A stretch of DNA of 63,805 nt, the filler included, from Neoconidiobolus thromboides FSU 785 (taxonomy: Eukaryota > Fungi > Entomophthoromycota): assembly GCA_025603075.1 (NCBI GenBank). It is 7 parts of 7 records of this genome, joined end to end, with 100 filler letters (N's around TTAATTAATTAA, not from the genome) between each part and the next. Parts side by side here need not be neighbours in the genome. Positions count along the whole stretch, not along the records: positions 1 to 21,666 come from MU626541.1; positions 21,767 to 45,171 come from MU626528.1; 5 more parts are not named here. One strand, written 5' to 3'. How positions within the stretch are numbered: position 1 is the first letter of the stretch; each line of letters begins with the position of its first letter. Shown piece after piece: positions 15,839 to 29,383 of the stretch. A program made the position numbers and the translations under genes. Below the pieces are notes generated by a model. The model had not been told where the DNA came from. It did no database searches and worked only from the letters and a program-made list of their open reading frames with translations.

Positions 15839-16733
15839 TATAGACTGATTCATTATTTATTCCATTTACTTCGGTTTTTTTCACAGATAGACTTTTAATA
15901 AATTATTAGTGAATTGTTAAAGTTTATAATTCTATTTTATATAAATTTAGAAGACAAATTCTCGAAATCGCCATATGAAAATTAGACATTAAAGTTACTA
16001 TATATAACGATATTAGTTGATTCCGCATTTATTGGTTTAGCAATCATAGCATGCTTAATATATGTGAATACTTTGCTCCAAACTTTTGTGCACTCTAGGG
16101 ATTTCAAAATTGAATAAAAAACTTTCAATCTTTTGATAAAACCCACTTAGGATAGCTTTTGACTTTCAAGGTTTAAAAATCCACTTATATACAAATAAAG
16201 TATTCATAAACATTTAAGTCGCCATTTTGTTTTACTATTGAAACTTCGTAATTATTAGTAACAAGCATTATATATCATTCTAATTAAGATAACTTTTTAG
16301 CTAATACACCAGGGTCTAAATATTATGTCTTACAATTTGGTAATTTAAATAAAACAGGTAATTAATTCAGTTGTTGTAGAAAATAGGCATAATACTTAAC
16401 TAAATTATTAAAAGCTTATCATCCCATATGTAGAGGCTTTTTATGTATTTTCCTTTAGAAATAATAGTTTTGAGATACTAAAGATTATATTTATAGTACT
16501 TGTTGAACTTTCAGTAATTTCCACTCTATAGAAATATTAAGAACAAAAATTATTTTTAAATAATAATCCAGCATGGTACAGTAATAAATTAATACTATAG
16601 GCTAAATTTGATTTGAAAATAAGTCAATTGTCAATAGTTATTTGTTTACTTTTTACTTATTTAATTGGACATTAGATTTTCGAACAATAATTGTTATACA
16701 AAATAGTTTATCACTTTATTTGCTTTTAGTTTT

Positions 16734-18497
16734 ATGAACCAGGGGAATAACACTGAATTAAAAAGAAGAGGCCACAGATGCGACCAATGCTGTAAAAGCC
16801 ATAGTAAATGTGACAGGTTGTTACCTGAGTGTTCAAGGTGCATAAAAAAAAACCTAAAGTGTACTCTTAATAGAAAAATTGTATATAATAAAGATGAGGA
16901 TACTGAATATAAGCCAAGGAGAAAGTCAACTCCATCTAAACCTAAAATTAGCTCAAAGGACGATATGCTTTATGTAAACGAAAATGTCTCAAGCTTGAGA
17001 CAGCATTATTCGGAAGAGGTTAAGTATCGGTTATTAAAGCTACCGAATAATTATAATTTCTCATATAATACTTTAGGGCTTTTTAACCAATTTCAAAGAA
17101 AGTCTTTATTAGAGAATTTGTTGAATTTTATCCAAAATCCATCCCCTTTTTTTCCTAGCAAAGGTTTAAACCTTTTTATTATATTAACTGATAAACTAGG
17201 CTTATTAACTTATAAGCCTAAAAAGACTACTTTTATATTTGAACTGATACCAAAAGGAACAAAAACCAATGTTGGAACCATTTTGAAACAAGCTTTGGCA
17301 AACTATTTTAAATTTGTTAATAAGGCCTTCCCTTTGTTTGATGAAATAAGATTTGATTTTCTAGCATGTTCTTTTAACTTGAAATCAGCAATTCTTTTGA
17401 GTGGACTTTTATATATGGAGCAAACTGAAATTGTCAAAAATTTGATAAAGTATTTTGAAGGGAAGCTTTATAACCTTGTCAGTAATGTTCCTAGAATCAA
17501 GTCTAATTTAGAGAACATACAGATCATACTCATATTAATTGGTGGTATACCTTACTTTCCATGGATTAATAGTCTCAAAGAATTTCTTCTATTTCATTGT
17601 TATAGAATATCATTTATTATAGGTTTGAATCAATCTCCAAAAAAAGTATCTAATAAGGCTAATATAGAACGTGTTTATACTTATTGTGTCTTGAATTTGT
17701 ATTACAATGGAATGTTATTGCTTTTTGGAACCTATGTAGCCGAACCCACTTTCCCTTTAATGATTAAAAGACTAGATAAGCACTACACGCATAAGTACCA
17801 GAATCAATTAGATTTTAATAGAAATAGTGTATATGTACAAAAACATTGTTTTTTAAAGTTACAAGAATTTTATTATATATCGAGTACTATATTTTTTGAT
17901 TTGCGAATTATTAAAGAGAGAAGTACAAGGGAGAAGGAAGATCAATTAAAACTTCAAGGCATTTTGAAGAAAATTTCATTTAAAATATTTGCAGTTAAAG
18001 AGAGATATGTTGGCATAATGCAGGATATTTTATTGAAAATAAAAGATCAAAGCTTAAAAACAATCCTCAATGATTACCAAAATAGTATTGCTTACTTTTT
18101 TCAACATATCAACTTTTGTATTCATTCTATTCAGTTTAATATATCCAAAGAAAAGAAACTTTATGAAATGAATGAATATGGAGTTGATACAAATATGTAT
18201 ACAGATAGACCAACTCGTATTAAAACTATCCTCAAACAGTGCTATTCAGTAATCGATAGCACTATCGCAAATAACCATAAATACACTCTTACTCTTGATT
18301 GTCCAATTGTCTCTACATGCTTAGTTTTTATTATACGATATGGAGGATATACAGAAGAGAATATAAGGTATATTCACAAAGGAAAGGGATTTTTAAAATC
18401 ATTATTAGGTACTCCTTCTGCTTTGAGGATATGCGGAATCAATTTGAAACTGATTGAAATTATCATTAAATCTTTAAATAATATCAAAATAAAGTAA
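16734..18497 (+). CDS. Zn(II)2Cys6 binuclear-cluster transcription factor-like protein
   Basis: C-x2-C-x6-C-x6-C-x2-C-x6-C (CDQCCKSHSKCDRLLPECSRCIKKNLKC); intronless 587 aa. Confidence 0.85.
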   Translation: MNQGNNTELKRRGHRCDQCCKSHSKCDRLLPECSRCIKKNLKCTLNRKIVYNKDEDTEYKPRRKSTPSKPKISSKDDMLYVNENVSSLRQHYSEEVKYRLLKLPNNYNFSYNTLGLFNQFQRKSLLENLLNFIQNPSPFFPSKGLNLFIILTDKLGLLTYKPKKTTFIFELIPKGTKTNVGTILKQALANYFKFVNKAFPLFDEIRFDFLACSFNLKSAILLSGLLYMEQTEIVKNLIKYFEGKLYNLVSNVPRIKSNLENIQIILILIGGIPYFPWINSLKEFLLFHCYRISFIIGLNQSPKKVSNKANIERVYTYCVLNLYYNGMLLLFGTYVAEPTFPLMIKRLDKHYTHKYQNQLDFNRNSVYVQKHCFLKLQEFYYISSTIFFDLRIIKERSTREKEDQLKLQGILKKISFKIFAVKERYVGIMQDILLKIKDQSLKTILNDYQNSIAYFFQHINFCIHSIQFNISKEKKLYEMNEYGVDTNMYTDRPTRIKTILKQCYSVIDSTIANNHKYTLTLDCPIVSTCLVFIIRYGGYTEENIRYIHKGKGFLKSLLGTPSALRICGINLKLIEIIIKSLNNIKIK

Positions 18498-19197
18498 TAC
18501 TAAAGTTGAGTAATTTATATGATTGTTTTTTTGTATAATAAACAATTTGTAGTTATTTTGATTTTGGTTTATTATTGTCAATTGTAATAAGTGTCATTTT
18601 CGTACTATTTCCAAGTGTTAGACTCTTTTATATAACTTGATCACTCTATTTAAATGACAGTCATTACTCACTTTTGTTGATACTGTATATATAGGGGCAT
18701 TTTTTAATACCCGTGAGAGTTTTTTGCTTTTTAGGTTTAGAAAGTGGATAAAATACTTTATGAAAATAACATTTTCAGTCATTTGATTCAAGGATATAAG
18801 GTAGCGTTATTTTGGTATTTAAAGTAATGTTTCCTTTATATTTATTGCAACTGTCGTATATAAATTTACTAGACTGTTCCTGATTATTTATAATAAATAA
18901 GCAGCTATATAACAACTTACAAATAGCTTTTACTTTTGGTAACTAGTAGAGAATAATCTTATATATTAATATAAGCCAATTATATAATAAATATATTCAT
19001 TCAAACTATCTAAACTCCAGTTCAAAGCATTAATTAAATAATGCTTTGGATTTAGTGTTTTACTTTTCAAGTTTTGAAAAAAAGCGATACTCTATAGTCC
19101 TCAATTCAAATTTGGTTTATTTTTACCTATTTAGGCTACAAAAGAGCTATAAAATGGAACAATAAAATTGTTACTTTTTACTTTTTAAATTCAAACT

Positions 19198-20645
19198 ATG
19201 ACAATTCCAACAAAAGCGATAGCTTCTGCATCTATTATTTCTGCTTATTTGCTTTATGTAGTAAGTAAGAAAAGCGATTTTTTACCCTGGTATACCAGAC
19301 TATTTGGGATGTTTAAGCCAAATTACAAAATAAAGGGTGACGTCAATGAAGAATTTAAGACTGTTGAAGAAGTTTTTAGCAAAGGGTTCACAAACGGAGA
19401 AGAAGTAGGCTCTTCAGTTTCTGTTTACTCTAATGGTAAGCTCGTAGTTGAGTTATATGGTGGGTTTGCGGATTTTGAAAGCGGAGAAGAATATACTTCA
19501 AATACTCTTAATTTGGTATACTCTAGTTCAAAGTTTATGGTAACAGTCATATATATACATAAAAAATAGAACTATATATTCATAGACTAACTGTGTAATG
19601 GCGAGATTGGTAGATCAGGGATTATTGACTTATGACCAAAAAGTAGTTGAAATTTGGCCTGAATTTGGTAAAGGTGGAAAAGAAAAGGTGACTATATCAG
19701 ATGTACTAAAACATGAAGCTGGAGTACCTTATTTCGATGATCCTCAACCATCTTTAGAAGAGGTATATGATCATAAAAAATTAAAACTAGCTTTGGAAAA
19801 CCAAAAACATGTATTTGATGGAGAAAGGGTTCGGTGCTATCATGGTACTACTAGAGGTTTGATATTAAATGAAATAGTTCGCTTAGTTGACCTTCAACAT
19901 CGATCAATTGGACAAATTTATAAACAAGAAATAAACAAAGAATTCGATATCGAATTTTATCTTGGATTAAATAACATTCAATTAGAAAGAAAAGCTAAGT
20001 GGTACATGCCACCTATAGTAGATGTCTTGGCCGCAGCTTTTTTGCCTAAGAAATTGATCGGTGATAAAGCTATTAAAATTGATAAAAGAACAGGCGGAAA
20101 TGACTCAAATGTGAGCAAAATTGCTAAATTTAAATACTCCAAAGATCAAGATGTATCGAATGCAACGGATTGGCACAAGATTGAGCTACCAAGTGTAAAT
20201 GGGTTTACCAATTCAAAATCGGTAACTTATGTTTATTATTAATCGCAATTTATTAAATATGTTTATAACCTTTTAGTTAGCTAAAATGGGGGCATTTTTT
20301 GCAAATCATGGTAAGTTTGATGATAAGGTATTCATATCCGAGAAGACTTTTGAAAATTCTATAAGCGAGCCAACAAAGGCTTTAGATCAAGCTGTTTATT
20401 TAGACTTTGTTTTAACTAAAGGAGGATTTGGTGTATTTACTTTTGATGAGCTTAAGGATGAAAAAGGCGAAAATATACCCTTCTATGGTTGGGGTGGTTT
20501 CGGTGGCTCAATGGTCCTTTTTAGTCCAGATTATAACTTTTCTTTTGCATATGTTACAAATGGATGTCAATATGAAATGTTTGGAGAAGGAAGAGCTTCT
20601 AAGCTTATTGTACCAGCTTTTAAAAATCATTTGAAAGCTATATAA
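19198..20645 (+). CDS. Beta-lactamase-fold serine hydrolase with N-terminal hydrophobic anchor; exons 19198-19539, 19586-20221, 20277-20645
   Basis: SxxK (YSSSKF), WPEFG..GKEKVTI.DVLKH.AG, CYHGTTRG, GWGGFGGS. Confidence 0.9.
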
Positions 20646-21666
20646 TTTAAATTTGTAATTCATTATCACCTACTTAAATTCAGTTCTATTTTATTTTATT
20701 TTATTTTAAAGATGACAAAATAGTTCTCTATACAGTATTTCTAATAAAAATAGGTATATTTTAAAAAGAAATAATGAAGTTAGTAAAACATTACATTTCA
20801 AAAACTACATATAACACAGATCCTTTAATTACATGAAGATAATATATAAAATGGCTAATTAATTTGTAATATTTCAGAATGTACTTTAAAAGCTTCAATA
20901 AAAAGATGATGAGCTCTACCTTCAAAAAAAGTATTAAAATGTTGAGCATTCATAACATAACTAAAAGCAAAGTTATGTTCTAGATTAAATAGCACCATTG
21001 AGCCGCCTGCTCCAAACCAACCATAAAATTCACTATTTTCAAATCTTTCACCAAATTCGGGATACTTAAATACACCAAAACCTCCTTGACTCATTGTAGT
21101 TTCCATTTGAATAGCATGGTCAAAGCGTGATACTTTTCCATTAATAGATGAAAGTACACCATTTTCACTCATTAATTTAACCCCATCAATACTTCCTTTA
21201 TTAGCTAAACATGCTGCTGCTTTAGCTAACTAATAATAAATCAATATCGTTTAAAATAGTAAATAAGAATAACTTACAGAATTTGAATTGGTAAATCCAT
21301 TTGAAGAAGGAGCTTCAAGATCTGAAAAGTAATGTGAATTTTCAATATCTTTACCATAACCCAGCTTAAACTTCATGATTTTAGAAAGCATAGAATCTTT
21401 ACCTAAGAGTTTAGGATTAAATGTATACTTTTTATCACCTAATAAAGCTTTTGGTAGAAAAAATACAGAGAATAAGTCAACTATTGGATAAGTATACCAT
21501 TTAGAACGTCTATCTTGTAATTCTTTACTTAATCCTAAATGAAATTCATTATTTAATAATAAATTAAGTTCATTTTCATGAATCATTCCAATACTATATC
21601 CTTTTGGATGGACTCTTCTTACGATTTCATTTAAAATAAAGCCTCGTGTAATGGCATGATAAGCAC
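20567..21666 (-). repeat. Right arm of 1.1-kb inverted repeat bounding contig A
   Basis: Reverse complement of 1-1100; both contig ends stop at the same base. Confidence 0.97.
20855..21664 (-). CDS. Second copy of the truncated beta-lactamase-fold hydrolase, convergent with 19198-20645
   Basis: Identical to 3-812 except one D/G change. Confidence 0.85.
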
Positions 21667-21766
21667 NNNNNNNNNNNNNNNNNNNNNNNNNNNNNNNNNN
21701 NNNNNNNNNNTTAATTAATTAANNNNNNNNNNNNNNNNNNNNNNNNNNNNNNNNNNNNNNNNNNNN
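21667..21766. other. Artificial contig linker (44 N + TTAATTAATTAA + 44 N)
   Basis: Same 100-bp layout six times; the core gives stops in all six frames. Confidence 0.97.
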
Positions 21767-22201
21767 GCTTACGGAGTAGAAAGAGATGTCACAAAAGAAG
21801 AAATTATCCATGTAGCTAAAATGGCTAATGCACATGATTTTATCATGGATCTTCCAGATGGTTACAACACTTCATGTGGTGAACGTGGTGGTAGACTTTC
21901 AGGTGGTCAAAAACAAAGAATAGCTATTGCTAGAGCACTCATTAGAAATCCAAAGCTATTACTACTTGATGAAGCTACTTCCGCTTTAGATTCTCAATCT
22001 GAAAAAGTCGTACAGGATGCTTTGGATAAAGCTTCAAAAGGTAGAACTACAATTACTATTGCCCATCGCTTGTCCACTATTCAAGATGCCGATATAATTA
22101 TTGTTATGAAAGATGGTAAAAAAGTAGAAATGGGCACTCATGATAATCTTTTAACACTTAATGGATTCTACACATCTTTAGTTCAAAATCAATCTCTTTG
22201 A
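21767..22201 (+). CDS. ABCB/MDR transporter, C-terminal nucleotide-binding-domain fragment (5'-truncated)
   Basis: [34 protein letters not shown]. Confidence 0.93.
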   Translation, partial: AYGVERDVTKEEIIHVAKMANAHDFIMDLPDGYNTSCGERGGRLSGGQKQRIAIARALIRNPKLLLLDEATSALDSQSEKVVQDALDKASKGRTTITIAHRLSTIQDADIIIVMKDGKKVEMGTHDNLLTLNGFYTSLVQNQSL

Positions 22202-22256
22202 TTCAATCAATGAGTGCTTTCCTTTCCTTTAATATAATGAAAATAATCTAAACAAT

Positions 22257-22355
22257 ATATTGAGGTTTTTTTTGATTTCATCACTTTTTCCATTTTTCAA
22301 GCGCTATCTGAGCATAACAGTTAATGAAATTTTCTAAAAAATCCACCCTCATATA
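22257..22355 (-). mobile_element. MITE family 1, degenerate copy
   Basis: TTTCATCACTTTTTCCATTTTTCAAGCGCTAT core; ends CCCTCATAT. Confidence 0.7.
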
Positions 22356-22654
22356 TTTTTTACAAAGTTGTATTTTTTTTATACTTATGATTATCTAATT
22401 CTTTAAAAATATGGACATTTCATTTATCATTCTCGTTTTTATTTAAATGGTTTAAAAAATACTATGATAATAATAATTTAATTTAATTTAATTTTAAGCA
22501 TTGGTATTTAAGTTATCTTCAGTAACTAGTACAAAAAACAATAAAACTAAATATTGAGTGTTGATTTTTATTAAAGAGTATATTGAAAGCGTAAAACACA
22601 ATACAGTTTTTCAACGTATATTTTATAGAACGACAGAGTTTATAGTGTATCCTC

Positions 22655-25600
22655 TCACTTATCAAAATAAGGCTCTCTAGGTTTAACATGGATAGCAGAC
22701 CCAACCTCACTAGCAGTATTTTGGCTTAAGATATCCTTAGAACTAGGTGGGGTAGGCTCTCTACCCAACAAATTCGTTAAACTAAAAGGGTTAGAATCTA
22801 CTTTGTTTTCTTTTGATTCTGTATTAAATTTCTTTACTCTATATTTTGGATACTTTGGTATCTTTTCTTCCTCAACTGAAAATACTAAATAGTCATCTCT
22901 AAGCCTAGATCCAAGCTTATGTTTGACGATATCAACATAAGCACACTCATCCACCTTGGTATGGATCAGAAGATAAAGCGCAGTGATTACATCAGGTAAG
23001 CTAATATCCAGGCTTTGTACAATCCTTAATAGATCCTTTAAACGTTTAATACCAACTTTGTTCACTCCAGTAGCTAATATCTCTGTATAAATATCATGAC
23101 GGAACTTAAGCAATAAATTAACAATATCTTCCATCAATGTAAACTCTTCTAACCGTTGGGCTTCTTGGATATCTGTAGCTGCATCAATCACTTCTATAAA
23201 TGTAGCCAAAGTGGGTCGTTTTGGTCGAATATTCCCCTTGATACTAGCGTCACATACTGGGCAGATGCAGTAATCAGTATCAGTTTCAAAGCCTTTAATA
23301 CAATTGGAATGGTAATTGACCCCACATACTTGACATAATAGATTACTTTCTTTAGCATGATGAAAGCAAAAACAAGCGCCTTGAGAATACTTTAAGTTAT
23401 GTCCCTTTTCGACCTTTTTCTTCATCTGAGTTAGTTTAGTTGAAAATGGCGCATGCCTTCCCTTTGGTGTAATTAGTAAACGTAAGCTTTGGTCGTACCA
23501 CTCTTTGACTCGAGCTTGAGACGAATTAGTAGCATTACTCTCAATGATATTTAAATTAGTTGATGACAGCTTTCGTCCTAAACCAATATCTGGGATTGAT
23601 ATATTAGACTCACTCACAAATCCCCCTGGTAAAAGTGGTACATGAGCATTGTTTGCAATGGGTAATGGGGATGCCTCGAAAATAGTCTCTGTCTCTTCTA
23701 TGTTAGCTTGTTGCTTTACTCGCTCACCTTTTAATTTTTTCGCTTCATCTAAATGGTAATTAACGAACTTTATTTTAGGTTTAGTACCAATGAAGGAAGA
23801 CGAAAAGGAATTTAGTTTATCAGTTGAGTAAACAAATGGCGACCCTTCATCTTTTTCATTGTTTAAGATTGGTAAGTTTTCATTAGGCTGTTCACTATTT
23901 AGGTTAGGTAAGCTTTCATTATGCTCGCTACTTAGGGTTATTGTACTTACATTATGGGGTTCATTATTTGAGACAGTCAATCTATCTCGGTTTTGATTAT
24001 TCCTTGGGCTGGTCAGATTAAATGGAAGTTGTCTTTCGGTATTAACTCGATGTTGATTATAAACAGCAGGCTCTTCAACTAAGTTATGGGTAATACTATT
24101 AGAATGAGAATAAACTGGATGTACTTTTTGACTATTAATAGAATAAAAATTGCTTGACAGGTCTGATTTATACTTCTCTAAACGAGTTGGTTCATAAGCT
24201 TGTAAATTGTCTGATTTACGCGTTTCTAGATGGGCTGGCACATAGTTTGGTTTGACTGGATCATAAGTTAGTTTTACTGGATCATAAACTGATTTGATAG
24301 TATCACAAATTTGTACTTCATCAGATCTATAATCTTTCTGTTTTACAGGTTTGTAGTATTGTGCTTCCCCTGGCTCATAAGTTTCAACATCAATAGGCTC
24401 ATGCACATCCATTTCAACTTTGCTTCTGTTTTCTTTTTCCAGCTTATCTTTCAACCCAATCAATTTCCTCATCACACTATCTTCAAAATAAACATTACAA
24501 GCCTCTTCTTTTAACTCAATAATTGCTTTAAGTGATGGTTTATTATGATTTAATAGTAATTCTACTTTATATTGCCAATCAAGACTTTCGTTGATCTTGT
24601 TTAGTAATTTAATGAGCATTTTATTATCTTTTGGAATTTGAAATTCGCTTGCTAAATTACAAAGCAATACCAAATCACTAAGTGGATAGTAGGTTTCTAA
24701 TAGAGCAATAGCTCTTTGGTTCCATTCCCATTTAATTAATAACTGTTTCACTTTGTCATTCCCCATATTAAAATTATACTTCTGGCTGATTTTTTTGATA
24801 GAAAGTATTTTCGTATAATCCATTTCCTTCTGATTGAGTAATTGATTCAATTGATCTGTATAATTAGCTAAAGCTTCATAAAAATGCAAAAACCCATCAA
24901 TTTCCGTTGAAGCAATTTTAAAGCTCAGTGCTTCGTTTGCCAACTCCTTTACGTAGTTAAAGTACTCCCATTCATACTCAAATTTAAGCTGATTCTTATT
25001 TCCTGTCTGGTTCATACCTCTAAGAATCGCCGATGATTTATTAACCCACTCCTGATATTTATCCAGCATATGTTTCAAATTGATGCTCTCTGGAATAACA
25101 CATTGTAAACTAGACGCACTATCAATCAGATTCATCAACTCAAAATACTGGATCCTGTCGTTCTCTTTAAATAAATTAAGATACTTTTCCTTCCACCGCA
25201 TCAAAGGTAAACTCATTCTTTCCAATTTAACAATCGTGTTTTGCAAATGAGCAGTAGTAACATGAATAACCAAACATTTTATACTACCTTCACACTGACA
25301 TAATGTGGTAGCATGTGAAAGGCAAACAATCTTGTTTGTATTATTTCCACACATACAATAAACATGTGAAAGATAACAAAAAGTATTACATACAGCACAT
25401 TGGGGAATCTCAACTTGTCTATGATCTCTCAAAGCCTCTTTAAATATCTCTTTTGGTCCAATGCGCTTGGTTTGTTTCCTAGCTTCCAACTCTTGAAGAG
25501 TTATCTCTTTTAGTGAAGGTAATAGATGATTAGCTTGTGAAACAGTAAGGTTATTGTTGCTTAGATACAACAACAATTCCTCGAAACAAAACACAGGCAT

Positions 25601-27514
25601 TCTGTTTTGAAGTTGATAATCTATTTTGGATTTCAATCCAAATGAAATCCAATCATAAGGCGCGTAATAGATTGACTCATTAAAACTAAACCCATTGGAA
25701 TACCAACAAGAATAAGATTGCGGTAAAGTAATAACAAATTCACCTGCCTTTTGTTCACATGTATAAATGGGAATCCCTGCTTTTTGGATGTCTTGGGGAG
25801 ACACCATTGTTATTAATTGGTACATTAATTCAGGATCATTTTTAAAAAGAGAAGGTGCCAACTGTTTAAAGAAAGCTTCAAATTCATAAGCTGCATTTGA
25901 GGGTATACTATAATACCTTTTGCTCTCTCCCCAATGTTGATAGTTAATGGAATAAGCAAAGTGATCATCTGTATGCCAACAATGGGTAGAAAATAACATG
26001 GTAATATATGCCCATGGGACATTCATGCCTGAATGTTTATCTTGTAAATTTGATAACACATTACTTGGGCTATTGCCAATATTATTAAGATTCCAAGGAT
26101 GAGTAGCGATTGGATCATGTGGATTAATTTCAGCTGTGGTAAAACCAGAGCCCTGATAAGAAGATTGCAAATCATTGGCTGTTTCAACTTGTAAATCTAC
26201 TACTGGGTTATCGATGTGATGCCAAAACTCTTTTTCTTTGTTTAATGGTAACACTTTATTATTTCTTTTGTTAGATTGAGAGTCTGTTATCCTTAATTTT
26301 TGTATTAAATATTCTTGATAAAAGTCATTTGCTTTCGTCATAAATTCATTAAGATAATACCCATTGCCACTATCAAACCCAAAACTTGGCTCATAGTTTT
26401 TAAGGCATACTGGACAAAAGAAAGGAGGTAAAAATACAACATTTATCTTCAACTCAAAACATCCTAAATGATAATAATCTTGACATGTTTCACATTGGAC
26501 CATTGCATCAGTCTTAAGCTCGCCACCTAAACAGAGCTCACATTTTTTACCCATATTCTTTCTCACTCTCTTTTTATCTTTGATAGCTTGAATTTTATCG
26601 GCTAAATTCATATATTTGTTGTATGGTAATACATAATTCTCATATATATTTTTTAAAGAATGAGAGAGTGAGGTGCAATCGGCCGGATTATAGCCTAAAT
26701 TTCTACCAATTTGTGCCCATTTTTTGGACTTTACAACCTAAAAAATAAATTAAATATTAACTTCAACGCAAAAAGATGTATCAAAAGGCTGAACTTTACC
26801 GCTTCAAACCCACCCATCCCTTGTACCGTATTATTTAAATGTAATAAGTTTAAAGTCTTAGTATAAACTGTAGGTACCCGAAACAAGTTACCAAACTGTT
26901 CATTAAAAGTCTTTAACTTTTCATTGAAGTTTAGCTGTTCCCTTGACTTTGCTCCAAGGTAATTAATCTTTTGAGTATACGTTTTGAATTGATATTTCTA
27001 AAAATTAATAATTATAAATAACCAGTTTCACTAGCTTCTACTATTAACAAACCTCGACTTCGATTCCGAAATTCACTTTAAAGTTAGCTGGCGGTACAAC
27101 CTTACACATCCCATATCGCCCCGCTTTCAAAGTTAAAGCACCAATGAGTTCACCCATGTTATTGAATTCTTCTTCAGTGGGGTAGAAAGTGGGTACTTCT
27201 TCGAGCTTAAAATGGTTATCTGAAGATGCTGCTTCACTACCATCCATCTTTAGTTCCAAATTATTTATACCATGGCATGAACTCTCTTTAATGAACTCTT
27301 TCAATTCTTCATTTGTTACAGCGGTCGATGTATAAACTTCAGTTGGCTTTGAGTTTAAGCTATCATTAGTGACACTAGAAGGTAAAGGTTGAATTTCAGA
27401 TTGAGTTCGCTTTCTCCCAGGTTTGTTACGCTTGTTGATGGACTGTGGTGTGCTAGGGTCTTGATTGGATTGTAAAGTGATTTTTTTAGTTGATTTTTGT
27501 TTTCTCTTTACCAT
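22655..27514 (-). CDS. KDM5/JARID1-family chromatin protein (JmjN-ARID-PHD-JmjC-C5HC2-PLU1-PHD), 3 exons; third Fe ligand absent
   Basis: EVPTFYPTEEEF, ARID KKWAQIG, PHD CELC..C..C..H..C..CPVC, CWHTDDHFAYSINYQHWGESK, EFVITLPQSYS. Confidence 0.9.
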
Positions 27515-28740
27515 TAAATAAGTAGCTTGGTGCGATATTTATTAATTAAAGGAGGTTGATGTTGGGTTTGTTTTAGTTGGAATAAAGCGTAATTTTTTTT
27601 TAAAATGGTGATGCTATTTTTGGTTGTTTTTATACCTGTGATTTTAAAGTGAGAATACTTTGGTTCTAAAAAAAGTTTTAAATCGTTGAATAATCATTGG
27701 TCTAAATTGATTTTAAAAATTTTAAAAAGAAATTTATTAAGATATTTTTAACGTTTAAGATAAAATTAAGTTTTATATGACTTAAGTTGTTATACTATTT
27801 TATTTACTTATAAATAAACTATATGATTCACTAGGCCATACATGTATTGTTACATTTAGCTATATTTACCTCATTTAAATTTAAGCAACATGAACTCAAA
27901 ATCTAAAACCTATGATATTTAAACTTATACAATTTAACTACACTTCTATGTTCACATTCTAACTATACATTACTAACCTTAAGATTGAAATTATCATTGT
28001 TCCTTTATTTTATAATTTTGTTAACTAATTGACTATGCTAGCATATTTCAATAGTCCCCAGTAGTTCTATATTAAAATTTAAAGATTGCTGCTTTAGTAT
28101 CCAATAAAATAATATAACTTTCCTTTTTTAAATCAAAAATAAACCAATTCTTAAGCTAAATATTAAAGGATTCAACCCTAACATATAGTTATTAAAATAC
28201 TTAATTTTATATAGTAGCATTACTTTGCTTTTTTTCATATGTATATAACAGTAGTATATACCTAATGGTACCAATTAGAGAGGCTTTATACATTAACATT
28301 GAAGCTGCTAGCTCTCATTTGGTAGCAAAATTGTTATACTAGCGAATGCTTAGCCGATCAATCACATACTCTTTAATAATTTGAGGAATAGCTAGCTAAG
28401 TTGAAAGTTGATAAAGCTATCCTTCGAATGACGCTATATACCAGGAGAAGTTATTTAAAGAGTAGATCATAATAATATATTGAATGTGATTAGCTGGTAA
28501 TTGTGCAACATTAGAGATACTAGAGTCATTGACTGTCATTTTTGGTTTGAATTGAAATGTTTATTAGTAAAATATGAAATGATTTAAAGTTGGCTAAAAT
28601 AAATTTAAGCATTTCAATTTAAATTATTAATATATCTTAAAAATAGTAATGCTATCAATATGCTATTAGCTAAAAACTTAAACTATTTGGTTGCTGAATT
28701 TTATATACATGTTGTTGAATGCTGAATAAATTTGTAAATG

Positions 28741-28842
28741 ATATGGGGACGTCTCTTTTTATTTGAGAAATTTACTAACATTTATTCGGCTCAATAGCGC
28801 TTAAAAAAAGAAAAAAGTGAAATTAAAAAAACACCCCCATAT
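28741..28842 (+). mobile_element. MITE family 1 copy
   Basis: ATATGGGGAC...TACTAAC...AATAGCGC...CCCCCATAT. Confidence 0.8.
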
Positions 28843-29383
28843 AATAAATTTAAAGTACATGTTATGTTAAAACTATATAGCTACAATAAAAATATTTACG
28901 TTTATAATTGATACAACATTTTTTTTATTTGATATATACAAGTTGTTATAAAAAGTAAAGTAGTTTATTAATTTTAGCTAGAAGACCATAAAAAGTTTAA
29001 TCAAAATTCTATATCGTATACATAATATTAAAAAATCATGTTAAGAAACCAGATTATTAAAAAACAATACTTTCTCATAAAAAAATAAGAAAACCATATA
29101 CAATAATGAATGATTTGATTTAATATTTGTGGCAAAGCATATTTATATATAAGCTATTTTGTTTTTTTATGTAATACTGTTGTTGTTTTTTATTTATCAG
29201 GTGGATTGTTACATTTGATACAAACTATAAAATTATACTTTAAAATTAAATTATTGATATGGTTACAGATTTTAGTTCAAATGCTTTAAAGAACATCAAT
29301 AATTGATTAATTTTAAAAACAGATGGTTGATTAGAAAATTGATTGTAAACTTATTTTGTAATTTTTAATAAATTTATTGTATT

